DNA of 64,000 bases from Amoebidium appalachense (GCA_963693365.1 CAVNZM010000018.1:429861-493860), one strand, 5' to 3'. Shown: positions 29,356 through 63,198, counted from the first letter of the stretch. Notes: generated by a model not told the origin, from the letters alone. Numbers and translations are program-made.

Positions 29356-29389
<34 letters not shown>

Positions 29390-29585
29390 CTGGCTTTAAT
29401 ATCGTCAACTTATATCTTTTATTATCGTCACAAGTTTATTTGATTCTGAAGCATGTTACCTTTTTTTAGCCCACAAGTGATTGGTTGTGACTAGCCAATA
29501 AAGGACCATGGATATCGAAATCTGAATAAAGTCAAACGCAGAGCAAGAGCGTTTAAATTCGCAGGTGTCCTCTTTCTAGTTGCGC

Positions 29586-30238
<653 letters not shown>

Positions 30239-30491
30239 ACACGGCACACAAACATTTGGGCATGCGCACACAGCCATGCATACAGAAAGCCGTACAGGTT
30301 GTCACGAATGACGTGGTACATTACAATCAAGAATTATGTGGCAAGCTGAATTCACACGACCATGATAGTTCACAAAGAAGTTTTGGGCTGTAGAAGGTTA
30401 ACACCCGGGGCACACACCAATTGGCACACACCAATTGCAACACATATGTGTGCACGTGTACAGTGAGTCTGTTGAAAACTTTGAGCCCTGA

Positions 30492-30539
<48 letters not shown>

Positions 30540-31453
30540 AAAGAAAAGAAAAAACCCGGCCCACAACCACCACCACCGGCCACCCAACCACATAAACCGC
30601 ACACACATAAACATGTGCACAACACCGTACAGGGACAGACAAATGGATCATATGCACGTGCAATGTTGCAAAATTCGATTTCAACTCAGAGCTCTAGCTA
30701 GAGCCGCGGGCTAGTTAGTCAGCCCAGACGGAGCGCGTACATGTACATTAGGCCCAATAATTCAAGTTATTATATAAATATATATATATAACTGGAAAGA
30801 AAAAAAAAGCAGGAATATATATTCGCAATTATTAGAAGTTGCCAAAGTCGCACACTTTTTAGTACCTGTTGTATGGCTAAGATATGCCAATAATATATCA
30901 TTGAACTGGCAAATCCAAATATTTTGGCAATATATACATAATTCTAATGCCGTCAATTGGCCAAAACTGGCGATTCACACCACAATATTGACAAAGCTGT
31001 CTATTGCATGCATGCCCAAAATCGATATATATGGCGGCTGCGCTAGGGCTGCAACAGAATGCTAGGTCATGTTGTGTGCGGTACATGCATGCGCACACGA
31101 TGTGTTTCCCCCAAACCATTGCCTAGTACGAATCCATCGTATTATCATGATGTCTGTCCGATCTACTACATCTGTTACTAATATGTTAGTAGTTCTATTT
31201 TGGAAGCCACTTTGAGAGCACACACACACATACATTGGATGTATATCTCGTCGTATATCCGGTGAATCTATCTCAGCGACCATCTCATTGAATTTATAGC
31301 AACTGTATTAAAAATCCATTCCTAGCCCTGTCTAGACCTGGTGCTTCGATCTAAATATAAAAATCACCATAAAAAATAACCTATACATCCAAGAAGTCTT
31401 CAGAACATACTCTGAAATTTAAAATGTTGAACGTTAACCGTCGAAGATACGTA

Positions 31454-31491
<38 letters not shown>

Positions 31492-31540
31492 TTATCCCGA
31501 GCAGCGAAAAGAAAGACGATAATAAAGACCAAAAAAAAAC

Positions 31541-32132
31541 TCAAACTATCTTCATGACCAATTCCCCTTTGCACTGAGTCATGATTTTCGCAAACATATC
31601 CCCCACGGTCTCCAACGTGAACGGCTTGGTGGGGTCTAACACAGGCCTCATTTTTCCGTCCTCCACCAAGCCTCTTATCTCGTCCAATGAAACATGGTCG
31701 TCAGAATCCGTTAAAAACAGGTGATATGACGGTGCAAGCCCGAAAATTCCAGCAAATTTTCGGTATCCCAACCGGAATCCGTCCACAGCTATCCCCCCAG
31801 CCGACAGCTCAATTTCACCGTCATCACCTACAATAGTGCAATATCTCCCATTTTTCGTCATAGCTTTCCATGAATCCCCCAGGAACCCCCCACACAATCG
31901 TAAACCACGTCGAAATTTTCGCCTTTCAACACTTCATGCCACGTCTCCTCTCTGTAATTTACCACCCTATCTGCACCCAAATCTTTCGCCAGTTCTGTGC
32001 TGGTGGAGGTTGTGCAAATATATCCCACATTGAGGATTTTTGCCATTTGGATAGCCAGAGTTCCGACCCCCCCTGACCCGCCGAGAATGAGAATGCGCTT
32101 GTTGGGTTGCAGGCGGACTACGTGCTTCAGGC

Positions 32133-32178
<46 letters not shown>

Positions 32179-32338
32179 GTGTGTATGTGTGTGCATGTGC
32201 GTGTCAGTGTATGGGCATGTGTGCAAGTACTCCATGTTATTGTGTGTTGGTTTTGGCGACAAGGCTTAGAAATTGATATACTGTGGATGCCGACCTGTCT
32301 TTTTTTTTTGTTTTTTGTTTTTTTTGGGGGGGGGGGAA

Positions 32339-32372
<34 letters not shown>

Positions 32373-32499
32373 GGGAGGGGGGCAGGCTGGGACATACTTG
32401 TCAACGACAGCAAGTTGCAGATAAGATTCAGCGGAAAGTGAGAAGCAGTGCAGTGCGGGGCCAGGCCAGGTCAGGCAGAAGGGGCGCCGGGGAGGGGAG

Positions 32500-32533
<34 letters not shown>

Positions 32534-32621
32534 GAAAAAAGAAGACGGGGGATACAACGAGTCTGCCCCCGTCTTCCCTCCTCACATTTGAGTACATCTT
32601 TATAACATATTCTCCACTCCC

Positions 32622-32652
<31 letters not shown>

Positions 32653-33531
32653 AAAAAAAAAAAAAAGGGAGTCTTCCTCCTATTATCTCTCCTCCACACA
32701 CTTACTTTCTAGATAGGTGGGAGAAGCAACTTTCAAAGGTTATGAGGTCGCCCACAAAATGACTGGGCTTTTAAAGTTGGTTTGAATTTTGTAATGTTGT
32801 GTGTTTACCTGTGTGTAATGGCATGTTCAGATGGGCCATGTACGTCACGGTGTGCCAACGTGTGCGTGTTTCTTGGGGGGGTGGGGGGTGGGGTGTGGGG
32901 GGGGCGGGGGGAGGGGGGGGGGGGGGGGGGGAGTGGAAAAAGAGAGAAGGGCTGGAAAAGAGTGCAGCCAGCAAAGCTGAAAGCGAGATCTAAGTCTCAT
33001 GAACGTTACAGATTTCAGGAAATGAAGAAAAATCTTAGAGAGTCTATTCAAAACATGACCTGCACACGCAAACACAAACCGGACCTCTGCATCTACCTAC
33101 CCTCCAGGCTGTTATTCCAGCAAGCGGCAGTGTAGCAGCCTCTTCAAACGAGATGTTTTTCGGCTTGATTGCAAAATGACTCTCAGGGGCGCATGCATAC
33201 TCCGCCATGCTACCCCTATCCCCCATGTCCCCATACACCTCATCACCATCTTTCAGTCTTGTGCACTTTTTTCCCGCATCCACAACCACCCCACTCACGT
33301 CAAAACACACACATGTGGAAATTTTCGCCACATGTTGAGGGATAGGTTTCCCTTTGCTAGCTTGTAATCTACTGGGTTTATGGAGGCATCGTGGACACGA
33401 ATGAGGATGGAGTCGCTTTCTGGATCCAAAATGGGTGTGGATAAGGGTTGGGCTTTGATGGTTTCTGTGGGGTTGCCGTAGTGGGTTTGCACTGCGGCAA
33501 GCATTGTGGATGGAACGGCGCTGGTAGCCAT
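31541..33531 (-). CDS. MDR-superfamily NADPH:quinone oxidoreductase-like protein (RTN4IP1/QOR-like); two apparent 1-nt frame breaks
   Basis: Exons 33531-33101 and 32133-31541. Motifs ASINPVDYK, FDVSGVV, GSMAEYA, KPKNISFEEAATLPLAGITAW, ILILGGSGGVGTLAIQMAK, LGADRVVNY, DVVYDCVG. Frame breaks at ~33306 and 31886-31891. Confidence 0.92.
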
Positions 33532-34339
33532 CGTGTGTGTGGGTGTGTGCGTGCACGTACGTGTATATGTTTACCTTGAGGATGAGATTAAGTTGGTGGT
33601 GGTGATTTGGGGGCGGAGGCAGGGAATGGAGAAGGGGGGGGGGGGGAGGGGGGGGAAGGGGGAGGAAGGTCTGAAGTTTTGGGGATAGGCGCAGAAAAAG
33701 CTGGTAGAAGTTGGAAGTGGAGAGAGTGGCAGGGATTGGAGGAGAAAAGATGGAAGAGAGTTGCGAAAAACATACAACGAACTGAGGAAAGCTTTGTTTA
33801 CGTAACTGGTTGAAATCGACTGAGTGTTGACCTAGCAGGGATTGGTTCAAATATCAAGATAAGTTATCTAAGAGTTATCTCAACCTGCACTGCTACCACT
33901 TCGCCGACCGGCATTTTTGGAGCAGTGTTTTCTTTGTAAGTTCGTAAAAATGCTTACCAGCTGTACCAGTTGCACTGGATTACGCAGTGCACTTGAGGAT
34001 TGGACGTATATATACCAAGGTCTTCTTATCTTCCAAATATACTCCTCTCTTTCTGGCCGTGCTATATAGTTACCATTCCAGGCAGGGCTTGGTACTTGTT
34101 GAGATTGGATAACTTAAAAGAAAACCTGTGCCTTGGTCAGGAGATCTAGAGATTGCGGATAGTTCTGCACAACTATGACGTAATGTTACACAACAGAATC
34201 CGCGTTGGAGTGCATACGGCGCCTGAATTCGAAACATTCTCGCCTGGACGTTATTAGTTTTCACTACTTATAGAACCCCCCCCCCCCCCCCCCCTATTTT
34301 CTCTTATCTCCCTATATTAGTAGTTTTTATCACAAAAAC
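33532..34339. promoter_or_regulatory. Probable bidirectional promoter region (QOR-like / F-box gene, head-to-head)
   Basis: 808 bp between divergent start codons, mostly complex sequence with several GATAA/TTATC words. Function inferred from geometry only. Confidence 0.5.
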
Positions 34340-47180
<12,841 letters not shown>

Positions 47181-48941
47181 AGACAGTCATAAACCCCCTG
47201 CGGAAATCTTAACCACCCCTACATTCCAAAACACACACACAGTCACGCGTTTGGGCACCACGTGTGCACGCGTGCACACACACACACCGACACACACTCG
47301 CACACACACCACATACGCCCGTGCGCGCGCGCGCACACACACACACACTCACACACACACACACATCTGCCCCAAAGTACAACATCAAAATCGGACAAGT
47401 ACATAAGGTGTTTAAAACACACACACTCACGCCTTCGGACACCACGTGTGCGCGTGTGCACACACACATCGACACACATGCGCACACCCACATCTGCTCC
47501 GAATTAGACCACCAAAATCGGACATGTACATAAGGTGTTTTTTTGCTTTGTGTGTGTAGGAAGGGTACAGTGTTGTGCCTCTGAGCGGAGCTAGAGCTCA
47601 ACTCAAGTGAGCATGAGTGTCACGAATGTTACTGGCTCACTTAAGTTGTATTGGAACGAACTGGTAACCATTTGTTGCGCACGTGTACACATAAAAACTT
47701 CCTGGCTGAAAGTCCCAAAACAAATAATTTTCGTGCCTCGTGCATCTTTGTGTATGGTGTAAAATGTTTTTCGCGTGCATTCGACTGCAATGTAGATAAT
47801 CATGATATTTACTATCAAGACGATTGATGATAATAATATCAATGATTATATCTTTTCTTCTTCTACTTTTTTCTTTTTTCTTTTTTCTTTTTTCTTTTTT
47901 CTCTTTTTTTTTTTTCCTCTTTAGGTTTTTTTGCCTATTGAGGACCAAGCATTGAATAGTACACGGCCGTGTCGTTATGTACCTGGTCTGTTTTGGTTTT
48001 TGGTAATGTTATGCTATCAATAAAAATATATCAAGAGGTTATGTGATCATAAATAATATATCAAGAGGTAGTGGTGTCCATGCGCTCACACACACGTGCA
48101 CATCTGCATTTGGTGCGCATTCGTGCACGATTAATGATGGTGGTGTGTGTGGGTGAAGGGGAAGGGGGGAGGGAATGGATATTTCAAGTTGTAGTAACAT
48201 CGTGTACGAACTGTGATCAACCCCTCTATATACCTTTTTAAATTCGATATGTATTCCAATACATATCACGTAGCTCCCTGATACAGCAACTTATGTGTGC
48301 ATATGTACGCAGCGGCATTTTGCATATGCAACACAGGCAAATTCACGATAACTGTAGAGAGTTCTGGCATCGATTTGTGGGTAGCATGTAGTACGTTTTT
48401 GCTTCAATTTATACCTTATAATGTGCTTCCCGATTGCTTTATTGGCCGGACTAGATATAACGAGATATACCATAACGAGACACACAAACTCACTATTACG
48501 GCACACAGTGCCTGGGCTGCAACGAGCCACCGACTACTACGTACCCCACAGGGATACAAAATACATGCACACTGCTCTACCCTACTTGCACTCCTGACCC
48601 TAAAGCCTCAATTGCAAATTTAAATTGTGTGTGTGTGTGCGGGTGTGTGTGTGTGTCTATGTGTGTGTACATGTGTGTGTGTGCCAATAAAGTAGAGGAT
48701 AGCTGAGGGCGAGGATAACACACAAGAAGCTGCGGGCGGGTGGGTGGGTCCGAAAAGAAGCGGCGAGGATAAGAGCTAGGTGAAGTGACTACGAAACCGC
48801 TCCTTATATACTAAGTTGCTTCTACCAGGCCGATGATTGGCCCCATAACCATTGGGGCCACATCATTCGGCCGAATATAATTGCATCATCCGGACATATT
48901 AGCCAGTTACACCTGGTTGTAACATTATCCACGCAAGCAAG

Positions 48942-49505
48942 TTGAACATATACCCACAAGCACGAACTACACACACTCGAGAGGCTGCCTTACGACCTTA
49001 CTTCGAAAATATTTCACACAGACACACTACGGAAAGGGAGCCCTACGTAAGCCTCTACCGTATCACATGCTATTGCGTAATATTCGGAAGATTGATCGCG
49101 GCGATCGATCATTCGATTCGAATAACGGCCGACCCGTCATCCGACCCGGAAACTGCAACCGATTCCCTTTACGGCACCCTGTTTAAACGTAACACGACCT
49201 GTACGGCCACGGATCTGGGGCAGGCGCCCCCTCCTGTTTTTGTTCCACCCACCGACACACCACCACCCCCACACACGGCGTGGCCAGCGGGGCCGGCTGA
49301 GTTTGGGGCTGAACTGGGGGCACACTTTACCCCAGATGGGGTATGGTAGTTAGTCTCCCGTTACCCGTCCCGCAAAGCGTGTGGGCCGGACGGCATCCCT
49401 ATAGCACTACTTAAGGTACTCATCCCACCCCAACCCGGGAAAGACGAAAAGTGCGGCCCGCCGCCACCACTTACATGTATTCTTAGCGAGTTGTTTAGCT
49501 GGTAC
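48942..49505 (+). mobile_element. Degenerate internal fragment of a non-LTR retrotransposon (region just before the RT core)
   Basis: Reading through the TAG at 49347-49349 gives FTPDGVW*LVSRYPSRKACGPDGIPIALLK...ILSELFS, the KAPGPDGI motif of LINE RT domain 0. Similarity stops at ~49505. Confidence 0.75.
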
Positions 49506-50045
49506 AGTAAACCGCTCGAATTTGGGACATTTTTCGCGCCATCGCTGATCGAGCGCTTATTGGTAGCTATTTTTAGCCTCTGAAATTCACGCACGTATAC
49601 ATCATACACGTTTTATACATCTGAGTCAATTTGGATCAGTTGGGGAAAATCCTTCAACCCCCCCCCCCCCTCCCTACCCCCTACCCCCCCCCCCCTCTCC
49701 CCCCCCCCAAAAAAAAGAAAAAAGAAAAAGGGAAAAAAAAAAAAAAGAAAGAAATGAAAAAAAAAGAAGGGGGAAAAAAACCTCATCACAATGGGGTCCA
49801 TGCACACAGTGTGTCGACCCATTGGTGGGTCCGCATTAAAATTATTCTGCGCTGATTAGTGGCACTTATTAGTATGCTGGTATGTCGAAAACATCATATG
49901 TACATTCCGTGTCGAAAAGAAAACCCATACATGGTTTTGGTTGCTACCATTTAACAACATTCTCAATTTGCCAATTGGCAATTCATCATCTAACTACAAC
50001 CATAAAATTTCAAAACCAATCATCTTTTTAAAAAAAAACTATTAA

Positions 50046-54179
<4,134 letters not shown>

Positions 54180-54960
54180 CTTTCGGGTAAAGAATTCATA
54201 AAGTGGTTATTGCTTAGAACAGTTATGGCGATGAAGCGAGTATGGGCTTTGCTGGACTAATTGAAGCGACGTGCACAAAAAAAATGTGCAAAGCTCAGCA
54301 AGGGATGGTTTGAAGTTAGCCTTAGAGATCTGCTTACCTGGTCACAAATTCTCACACACGCCCAAAAAACAACGGGTCGAAGCAGGAAAGACATTACCAT
54401 ACAAACCGCAAGCTTCGTTCCCACACACGAAAGAACAAAACTGAAATGCTATCCACTGCTAATTAGTCTCCACATCACTATATTTCAAATTTAGCACGCT
54501 GTGTTTTTTGTGTCACGTGTGTCAACGGGCCACCGTTTGGTACTTCATCTATCCCCCTACATCAGATGCAGGGTGGGGAAGCTTTCCTTTTTATTGAAAT
54601 TTTATAGTAGGCCTATACTATTAATGAGCATGAATGATGCACCTGACATAACCATGATCCTCTAAAAGCATTAAAACAAAATCACAGCCTGTTTTTGGTT
54701 TTCCAGTCAAGCTATTTTTTATTAAGTGAAAGGTCTGACAGGTCAGTCCGAATCATAAATTGCATCATTATAAAGTCGAGAATTCGGGTCGGGTTCTAAA
54801 GATCTGGGGGTCGGCGGGCTTTTGGGGATGATATCAGTAGACTCAGTACATCGACACCGTCTACCGTACAAACACGGCGACGTGCGCCCTGCACCATTTT
54901 TCTCCTTTTAAGTAGTAATCCTTGCACTTACAGAAAACGTTCTACAACCACCTATAAACC
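54180..54960. promoter_or_regulatory. Probable bidirectional promoter region (SLC35F / NAT, head-to-head)
   Basis: 781 bp of microsatellite-free sequence between divergent start codons. Function inferred from geometry only. Confidence 0.5.
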
Positions 54961-55818
54961 ATGACTCTTCCCGAGTGGTTTAGCGCAGACGCCATAGGCT
55001 CACGCGCACAGGGTGACCCAGAAACATTGTCTCCCATGCAACTAGACAAGTACCTTCGCCGCATAAACATCCGTGGGGAAAAGGCTGCCCGGCTGCTTGC
55101 CAAGGGACCTACTCTTTCCAACCTGCGGCTATTAATAGCGCACCATCTGCAGACAGTGACCTTTGAAAACATTGCTTTGCACACACAGCCCAAGGCGGGC
55201 CCTTTCCCGTATGTATCACCGTGTCACAACGTTGTATGTCCCTTCTGATTCCATCTACCCGACGCACGTGGGCCAAAACAATTTGTTTTTGGTGCTTTGA
55301 AATGGGGTGGCAGAGATTCGGGCTTTTGGGATGGAGGGAAATGGTTTTGTGCTCCTTTTCTTCTGAACACATGCATAAACAGAAACAGAATTTGCCTACC
55401 TTCCCCTCACCAATTGATCTCAAAGCTCTTACCACACCTCCGTCACCCTCCCCCCCCCCCCCCCCCCCCCCCCCCTCCCCCCCTTCCCCCTCCCGCCCCC
55501 CTTCCCCCCTCTTCCTCCTCACTCTCCCTTTTCCTAACTAAACGCACTATGGATTCTAGTTTCCGGTTTAACCTCTTATGACCATGCGTCCTTGACACCT
55601 GTACTTTGCCAAGATCACTTCCCTCAAACCTTCCCCCCCACCCCCCTCTCGGTCACCCCTCCCTCAGGCCTTCTCTCTCCTCCGTCCCCTTCCTTGTGAC
55701 GGCCTTTCCGTGTCTATTCCTCATTTCTTCTTCCCCTCTCCCCCCGTACCCCCCCCCCCCCCCCCCCCCCCCGTGTTTCAAATCCAGGCAACCGAACCTG
55801 CAGTGTTGGTCGGGTACA

Positions 55819-55854
<36 letters not shown>

Positions 55855-57064
55855 CCCCCCTCTCCCCCCTTCCTCTTCCCCAAAGAAAACCAAAATCCCA
55901 TAAGCTGACATGTACCTTATGTCACGGCTTATAGTGAGGTTCCGCGCAAATGGATCCCCCTGTCTGTGTTTGCAGCTCTACGCAAGATTGTGGACCTAGG
56001 CCGGGGGGGGTTTTGCTTGAGCTAAATTTCGCTTTTGCGCTACTACTGCGCTCACTTGGCTATACCGTGAGGCTGTCGGCTTCACAGGTAAACAACCCCC
56101 CACCCACCCACCCACACACACACACCCGGGCCCCACCCACGACCGTCTCCAAAAAACTCTATTTTTAATGTTCCAATTTTAACTTTTTCGGTAGCATCAC
56201 TACCCTCTCCCCACCCTTTCCCTTTCGCTATCTCACTCCCTCTATCTATCCTGTCTGTCCACTACTGCGGATAGGCTCTACTACTATAAATATTGTTTTT
56301 CTCCGTGTGTTCTTCTTTGCCCACTCTGCTATGGTGTTAACCGTTGTGACTTTGTGCTTTCGCACTGTGTATATATCTGTATTATGCGATCTCCCCCCTC
56401 CCACCTCCCTTGTATTGCTCAATCTGTCCCCTACTGCTTATTTACCACGGCCGCCTCAAAGAAAATAAATCTATCTTTATTTTTCTATTTATAATAGCAC
56501 CCTGCATTCTAGGTAGCGTCACTGCCCTTTCCAACAATGATTGGTCAGCACAAATATGTTTAAGGACGTGGTGTAGAGGTACTCCAATCGTAAGTTAACC
56601 CCTTCCCTCCAACCCACATCTCTGTGTAGTTTACATAGACCCCCCCCCCCCCCCCCCCCCCCCCCCAAAAGCCATGTTTTCTTATTCGGATTCCTGTGTG
56701 TTTTTTAGAATTCTTAAGAGGGTTAGCGAGGTAGGGGTTGCCTATGATCTCCTTGTCTCGACTTTGTCTCGACCCCCCCCCCCCCCCCCCCCCCCCTCCC
56801 ACCCACCCCCCCCCCCCCAAAAAAAAAAAAAAAAAAAAATCCCTTCCCCTTCTCCCCCCCCCCCCCCCCCCCCCTGCCCCGGGAAGGCTCTGCTTATTGT
56901 CCATATTTTCCTATGTGTGGTTTGCAGTCTGCATTGTGTTGTTTGTTGTGAATGTGATGTCGCACTTTATGATATATTCAAACCCCCCCCCCCCCCCCCC
57001 AAAAAAAAAAAAAAGAAAGAAAAAGAAAAAAGAAAAGAAAAGAAAAGAGAGAAAGAGAGAGAGA

Positions 57065-57097
<33 letters not shown>

Positions 57098-58040
57098 TGT
57101 GTGTGCCGGAATGAGAGAGGGGGGGGAAGGGGGGGGGGGGGGGGGGGGACGAGAGAGAGAGGGGTGGTGGACAGGGTGGGTGGGTGGGTGGTTGTGGGGA
57201 GAGGGGGGGGGGAACACCACTACCACCGGTACAAACATCACTACCAAGTGCTCCTACCTTCCCCTTTGCCTTCTTGTGCGAATTCTGTTTTCCCACTACT
57301 TTTTTCTTTTCCCTCTTTCACACTCACTCAATATCCCCCTTCCCGCCCTCCTCCCTCCTTCTCCCCCCTCCCCCTTCCCCCTTCCCCCTCCACCCCCCTT
57401 TACCCGTCCCCCCCCTTCCGCCCCTTCCACCCCCGCACAGAGCTGCTCACCGGAGGGTGTCTACAGGCCGATAGCAGCTCACGTGACCCCCATAGTTTCC
57501 ATAAATGGAAAGGAATATATTGCGGACGTCGGGTTCGGGAGGCACGTACGTGAGCCAATCAACTTGGAGCCTGGCATCGTCACCACCGATAGCTTCCAAT
57601 CAGAATACACCATTGCCGAATCTACGACGGCGGCCGACCCGGAATGCCCGCACGTGTTGATGCATAGGAGGGGGCTGGGCTCGAGGGATATACTTGCACC
57701 CACGCCGTCTATCCCGGGGATTAGATATACCGTTGAAATTTTGCTGGAAAAAGGGTGGGTTCGTTGGTACCGTATGGACCCCCTACTGGATTTGGAATTT
57801 TCGTCTCCGTTTTTCGAAAAGGGGATAAACTACGTACAGACGAGTCCTGCTGCGTGGTTTACGCAACTGGTGTTGGTAACAAGAACGACCGAAAACGGAG
57901 AGCTGACGTTGAAAAGTGACCATCTGATGATTGCGACCAATGAAAAGGTGGAGAAAATTCCCATAAATGGGCATGAGGAGTGGAGGAAGGCCCTCAGGGA
58001 TCATTTTCACATTGAGTTAAATTCACAAGACGACTTGTAG
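54961..58040 (+). CDS. NAT: Arylamine N-acetyltransferase family protein; apparent 1-nt frame break just after the catalytic Cys
   Basis: Exons 54961-55208 (YLRRI, HLQTVTFENI), 55935-56087 (KIVDLGRGGFC/ELNFAFALLLRSLGYTV), 57441-58040 (AHVTPIV...YIADVGFG, SPAAWF). The Cys-His-Asp triad is present. Frame break at 56017-56018. Confidence 0.92.
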
Positions 58041-58852
58041 GGCGTAGGCCCGTGCTATGCATATAATTTATGCAAATTCGAGGCTTATCGGTATATCCAA
58101 ATTGTATTTTCTGTGTTCTTCAAATGTTTTTTCATTAACCCATTGCTGACCGGTAATAATGTTAGTGTAGATACTGGCATGAGGCCAACCATGATTATGG
58201 GTGGTATACTATCAGAGTGGGTTTCTTTTAGGAACCCGGGTCGGGTCAGACCCGAAAAGGATGTATGCATTATGATTGGCGACTCGCATCACGAACTGAA
58301 TGAGCTTAACCCGCAAGTGGCCAAAAAATCGGCCCAAAAGCTACCCCCAGATGTTGCTATATATGTACGTAATAGGTGGTGATATTACGTAATGGCTACG
58401 TTTTTGCCCATGCATTTCCCTAGTTTTTGTGAATCATGGCTTTTGCCGTTCTCTGTCTAGGAATGCTGGGCAGTGGTTGCCCCCTAATAAGGCTATTTGA
58501 ACATTTACGACCGGCCCCATCTGATTGGCTGTACTTGAAACCGCAGTAAACTTTGGTTGAGCCTGGACCCCCAGTGATCCATTGCCATATAAACCCCCCA
58601 GCTCACGTGGGTATAACTATCCCACTACTTACTACATACGTATACGTACCTTCTGACTGGAAGGACGTGGAAGAAGTTGGAATATTTGGGTTGTTACCAC
58701 TGATATATACATTACTCTGGCGCATTCGCGCCAGAATTGTTGTTACTAGCCTCAGGAGAAATGTGTTTCGCTGGTAATGTGTCGGGACATGTGGTCACGT
58801 ACATGGTGGCATTAATAAAAATAAATGCAAATCAGCTAGAGGCACGCCATGA

Positions 58853-58929
<77 letters not shown>

Positions 58930-59972
58930 CGCACACACTTTCTTTTTTTAAAAAATAATAATAATAATAATAAAATTATCACCACCATCATTATTACCGA
59001 TCACCACCCACCTACCCCGTGACCCACCCAACCACACGTGCACAGACAACACACACATATGCACAGTCAATTGCGCCAGCATGAATTCACGTACAGTGTG
59101 GTCAACACGAGCAACGGTACCGCAAGACAGCAAACGTTTAACAAGTAGTTACACAATTTCTGCAATAGATATGGACATGTCGCACATATCGGCATTTAAA
59201 TTTCACATATGATAAATCTGGCACCCACACCAAATTGCATACGCTCTGACCCACACGCCAAGTTACACGGACTATATTTTGGGGAAACGGACGGAATCAC
59301 TGCCCCTCGTGTGCACATATGACTTGCTGTGTTTCCAGCACGGCCACAGGACGTGCCACCTTTTGTGATTTATTACACCGGTATTGTGAGTTTATTGAGT
59401 TTTTGCTACTACAGTACATGAACATGTCTGTACAACAGTTCGCGTATACGTAAACCTTGGCCATTTGCATAGCAGCATAACACATTAGTAAAAGAGTAAA
59501 GAAATATTGGTGCCAACACTAACGTCATCGGTGATTCTAGGCAGCCTTCCCCCCCTCTCTCCCCCCCCCCCCCCCCCCCCCCCCCCGGGCAGGGGGGGGG
59601 GGGGGGGGGGGGGGGGGAGGGAGGGGGAGGCACAGCCTCACAAGTGCAAATCCAAGTTTAGGTTCTGTGTGATCTGTTGCCGCCTCAAAGCGGTTACAAA
59701 AAATGCTAATATTTGTGACATCTGTTTAACATAACCATCTAAATATACATACCGTGTATCTGCAAGTAAATCAAAAAAAAATAAAAAATGCCAAGTCTTA
59801 ACAACCGCGAAACTTGGGCAAAATATTTGAAGGAAACAAAAAGCACGGGTAAGCTAAACGTACAGATTTTACTGTAGCTGTTGTTGGTTAATCTACATAA
59901 GCCACCTCGTAATAATCGCACGTCAAAAACGGATCATCCGTCGCATCATCAGTGCTTTCGAGTCCCTACCAC

Positions 59973-60212
59973 GTGATTGGCAGGTGAGAAGAGATTTATT
60001 CCAATTTCTATTGGTGTGATTGGTGCATGAGAACATTTCTTCCAATTCCTATTGGTCCGATTGGTACATGACAAGATTTCTTCCAAATCCTATTGACGTG
60101 ATTGGTGCATGAGAAGATTTTTCTCAAACCCTATTGGTCCGATTGGTGCCTGAGAACGTTTCTTCCAATTTCTCTTGATTTGATTGGTGTGTGAGAAGAT
60201 TCCCTTCAATTC

Positions 60213-60220
<8 letters not shown>
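59973..60220. repeat. 6 x 41-bp tandem array rich in ATTGG/CCAAT
   Basis: Consensus gtgattggtgcatgagaagatttcttccaattcctattggt (first unit 43 bp). The last unit overlaps the stop codon of the PHD exons (60213-60215). Confidence 0.93.
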
Positions 60221-62589
<2,369 letters not shown>

Positions 62590-62764
62590 CTGTGTGCACA
62601 GAAAGAGTACCAAATGTTAGTGTCAAATGGAGCATGGGCAATTAAGGTGTGGTGGTGGAGGTTGGAGTGTGGGGCTGGGGAGTGGGAGAGAGGGAGAGTG
62701 AGTTGGGAGGGGGGGGGGGGCAGAAGAGGTAGGCCCAGGGGGAGAAGGGGGGCAGACGGGGGTT

Positions 62765-62797
<33 letters not shown>

Positions 62798-63198
62798 GGG
62801 AGAGGGGGGGGTGGGGGGGGGATGGGGAGAGGGAGGGAGGGGGGGGGGGGGGGTAATGGGCATGTGTTTGGAGCAGTAAAGAAGGGGGGAGGGGGGTTTT
62901 CAGGCATGCGTTTCAAATAGAAAAGAAGGGCCAAGAAGGGGGAGAGGGGGGGGGGGGGGGGGACACGTTGAGGGTGTGTGTGTGTGGGGGGGGGGGGGGG
63001 GGGGGGGGGGGGAAGGGGTTTGATAGGCATGTATGTGTAAAAAACCTAATGGAGCAAGGGGGGAGGGGAGAGGGGCCCGGGAGCAGGCTGACGGCATGTC
63101 CTTTGAATACAAAAGGGGAGGGGAGAAGGGGGGGGGGGGGGGGGGGGAGGGGGGGGGGGGGTCTGAAGGGGATGAGGGGCAGAGGAGAATGCCAACAC

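Noticed and set aside
30691-30726. 14-bp palindrome plus small hairpin with CTAG as a Helitron end
   Set aside because: The stem is only 5 bp and CTAG is not followed by the target T.
48755-48880. Hammerhead-like core near the hairpin
   Set aside because: The core reads CCGATGA/GAAT rather than CTGANGA/GAAA, and there is no valid cleavage triplet.
49502-49522. TA-CAGTAAACC start resembling a pogo/Tc1 terminal inverted repeat at the LINE break point
   Set aside because: No matching inverted end was found in the window.
56003-56018. Programmed -1 frameshift in NAT at the G8-T4 run
   Set aside because: A shift there would lose the catalytic Cys codon. A missing T in TTT (C-F-E) explains the break more simply.
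58170-58415. Possible MITE with cgggtcggg words (also at ~54785)
   Set aside because: No convincing terminal inverted repeats or target-site duplication.
59925-59972. Hammerhead ribozyme (minus strand has GAAA and CTGATGA)
   Set aside because: GAAA precedes CTGATGA by only 3 nt, leaving no room for stems I and III, and no GAAA follows stem II.
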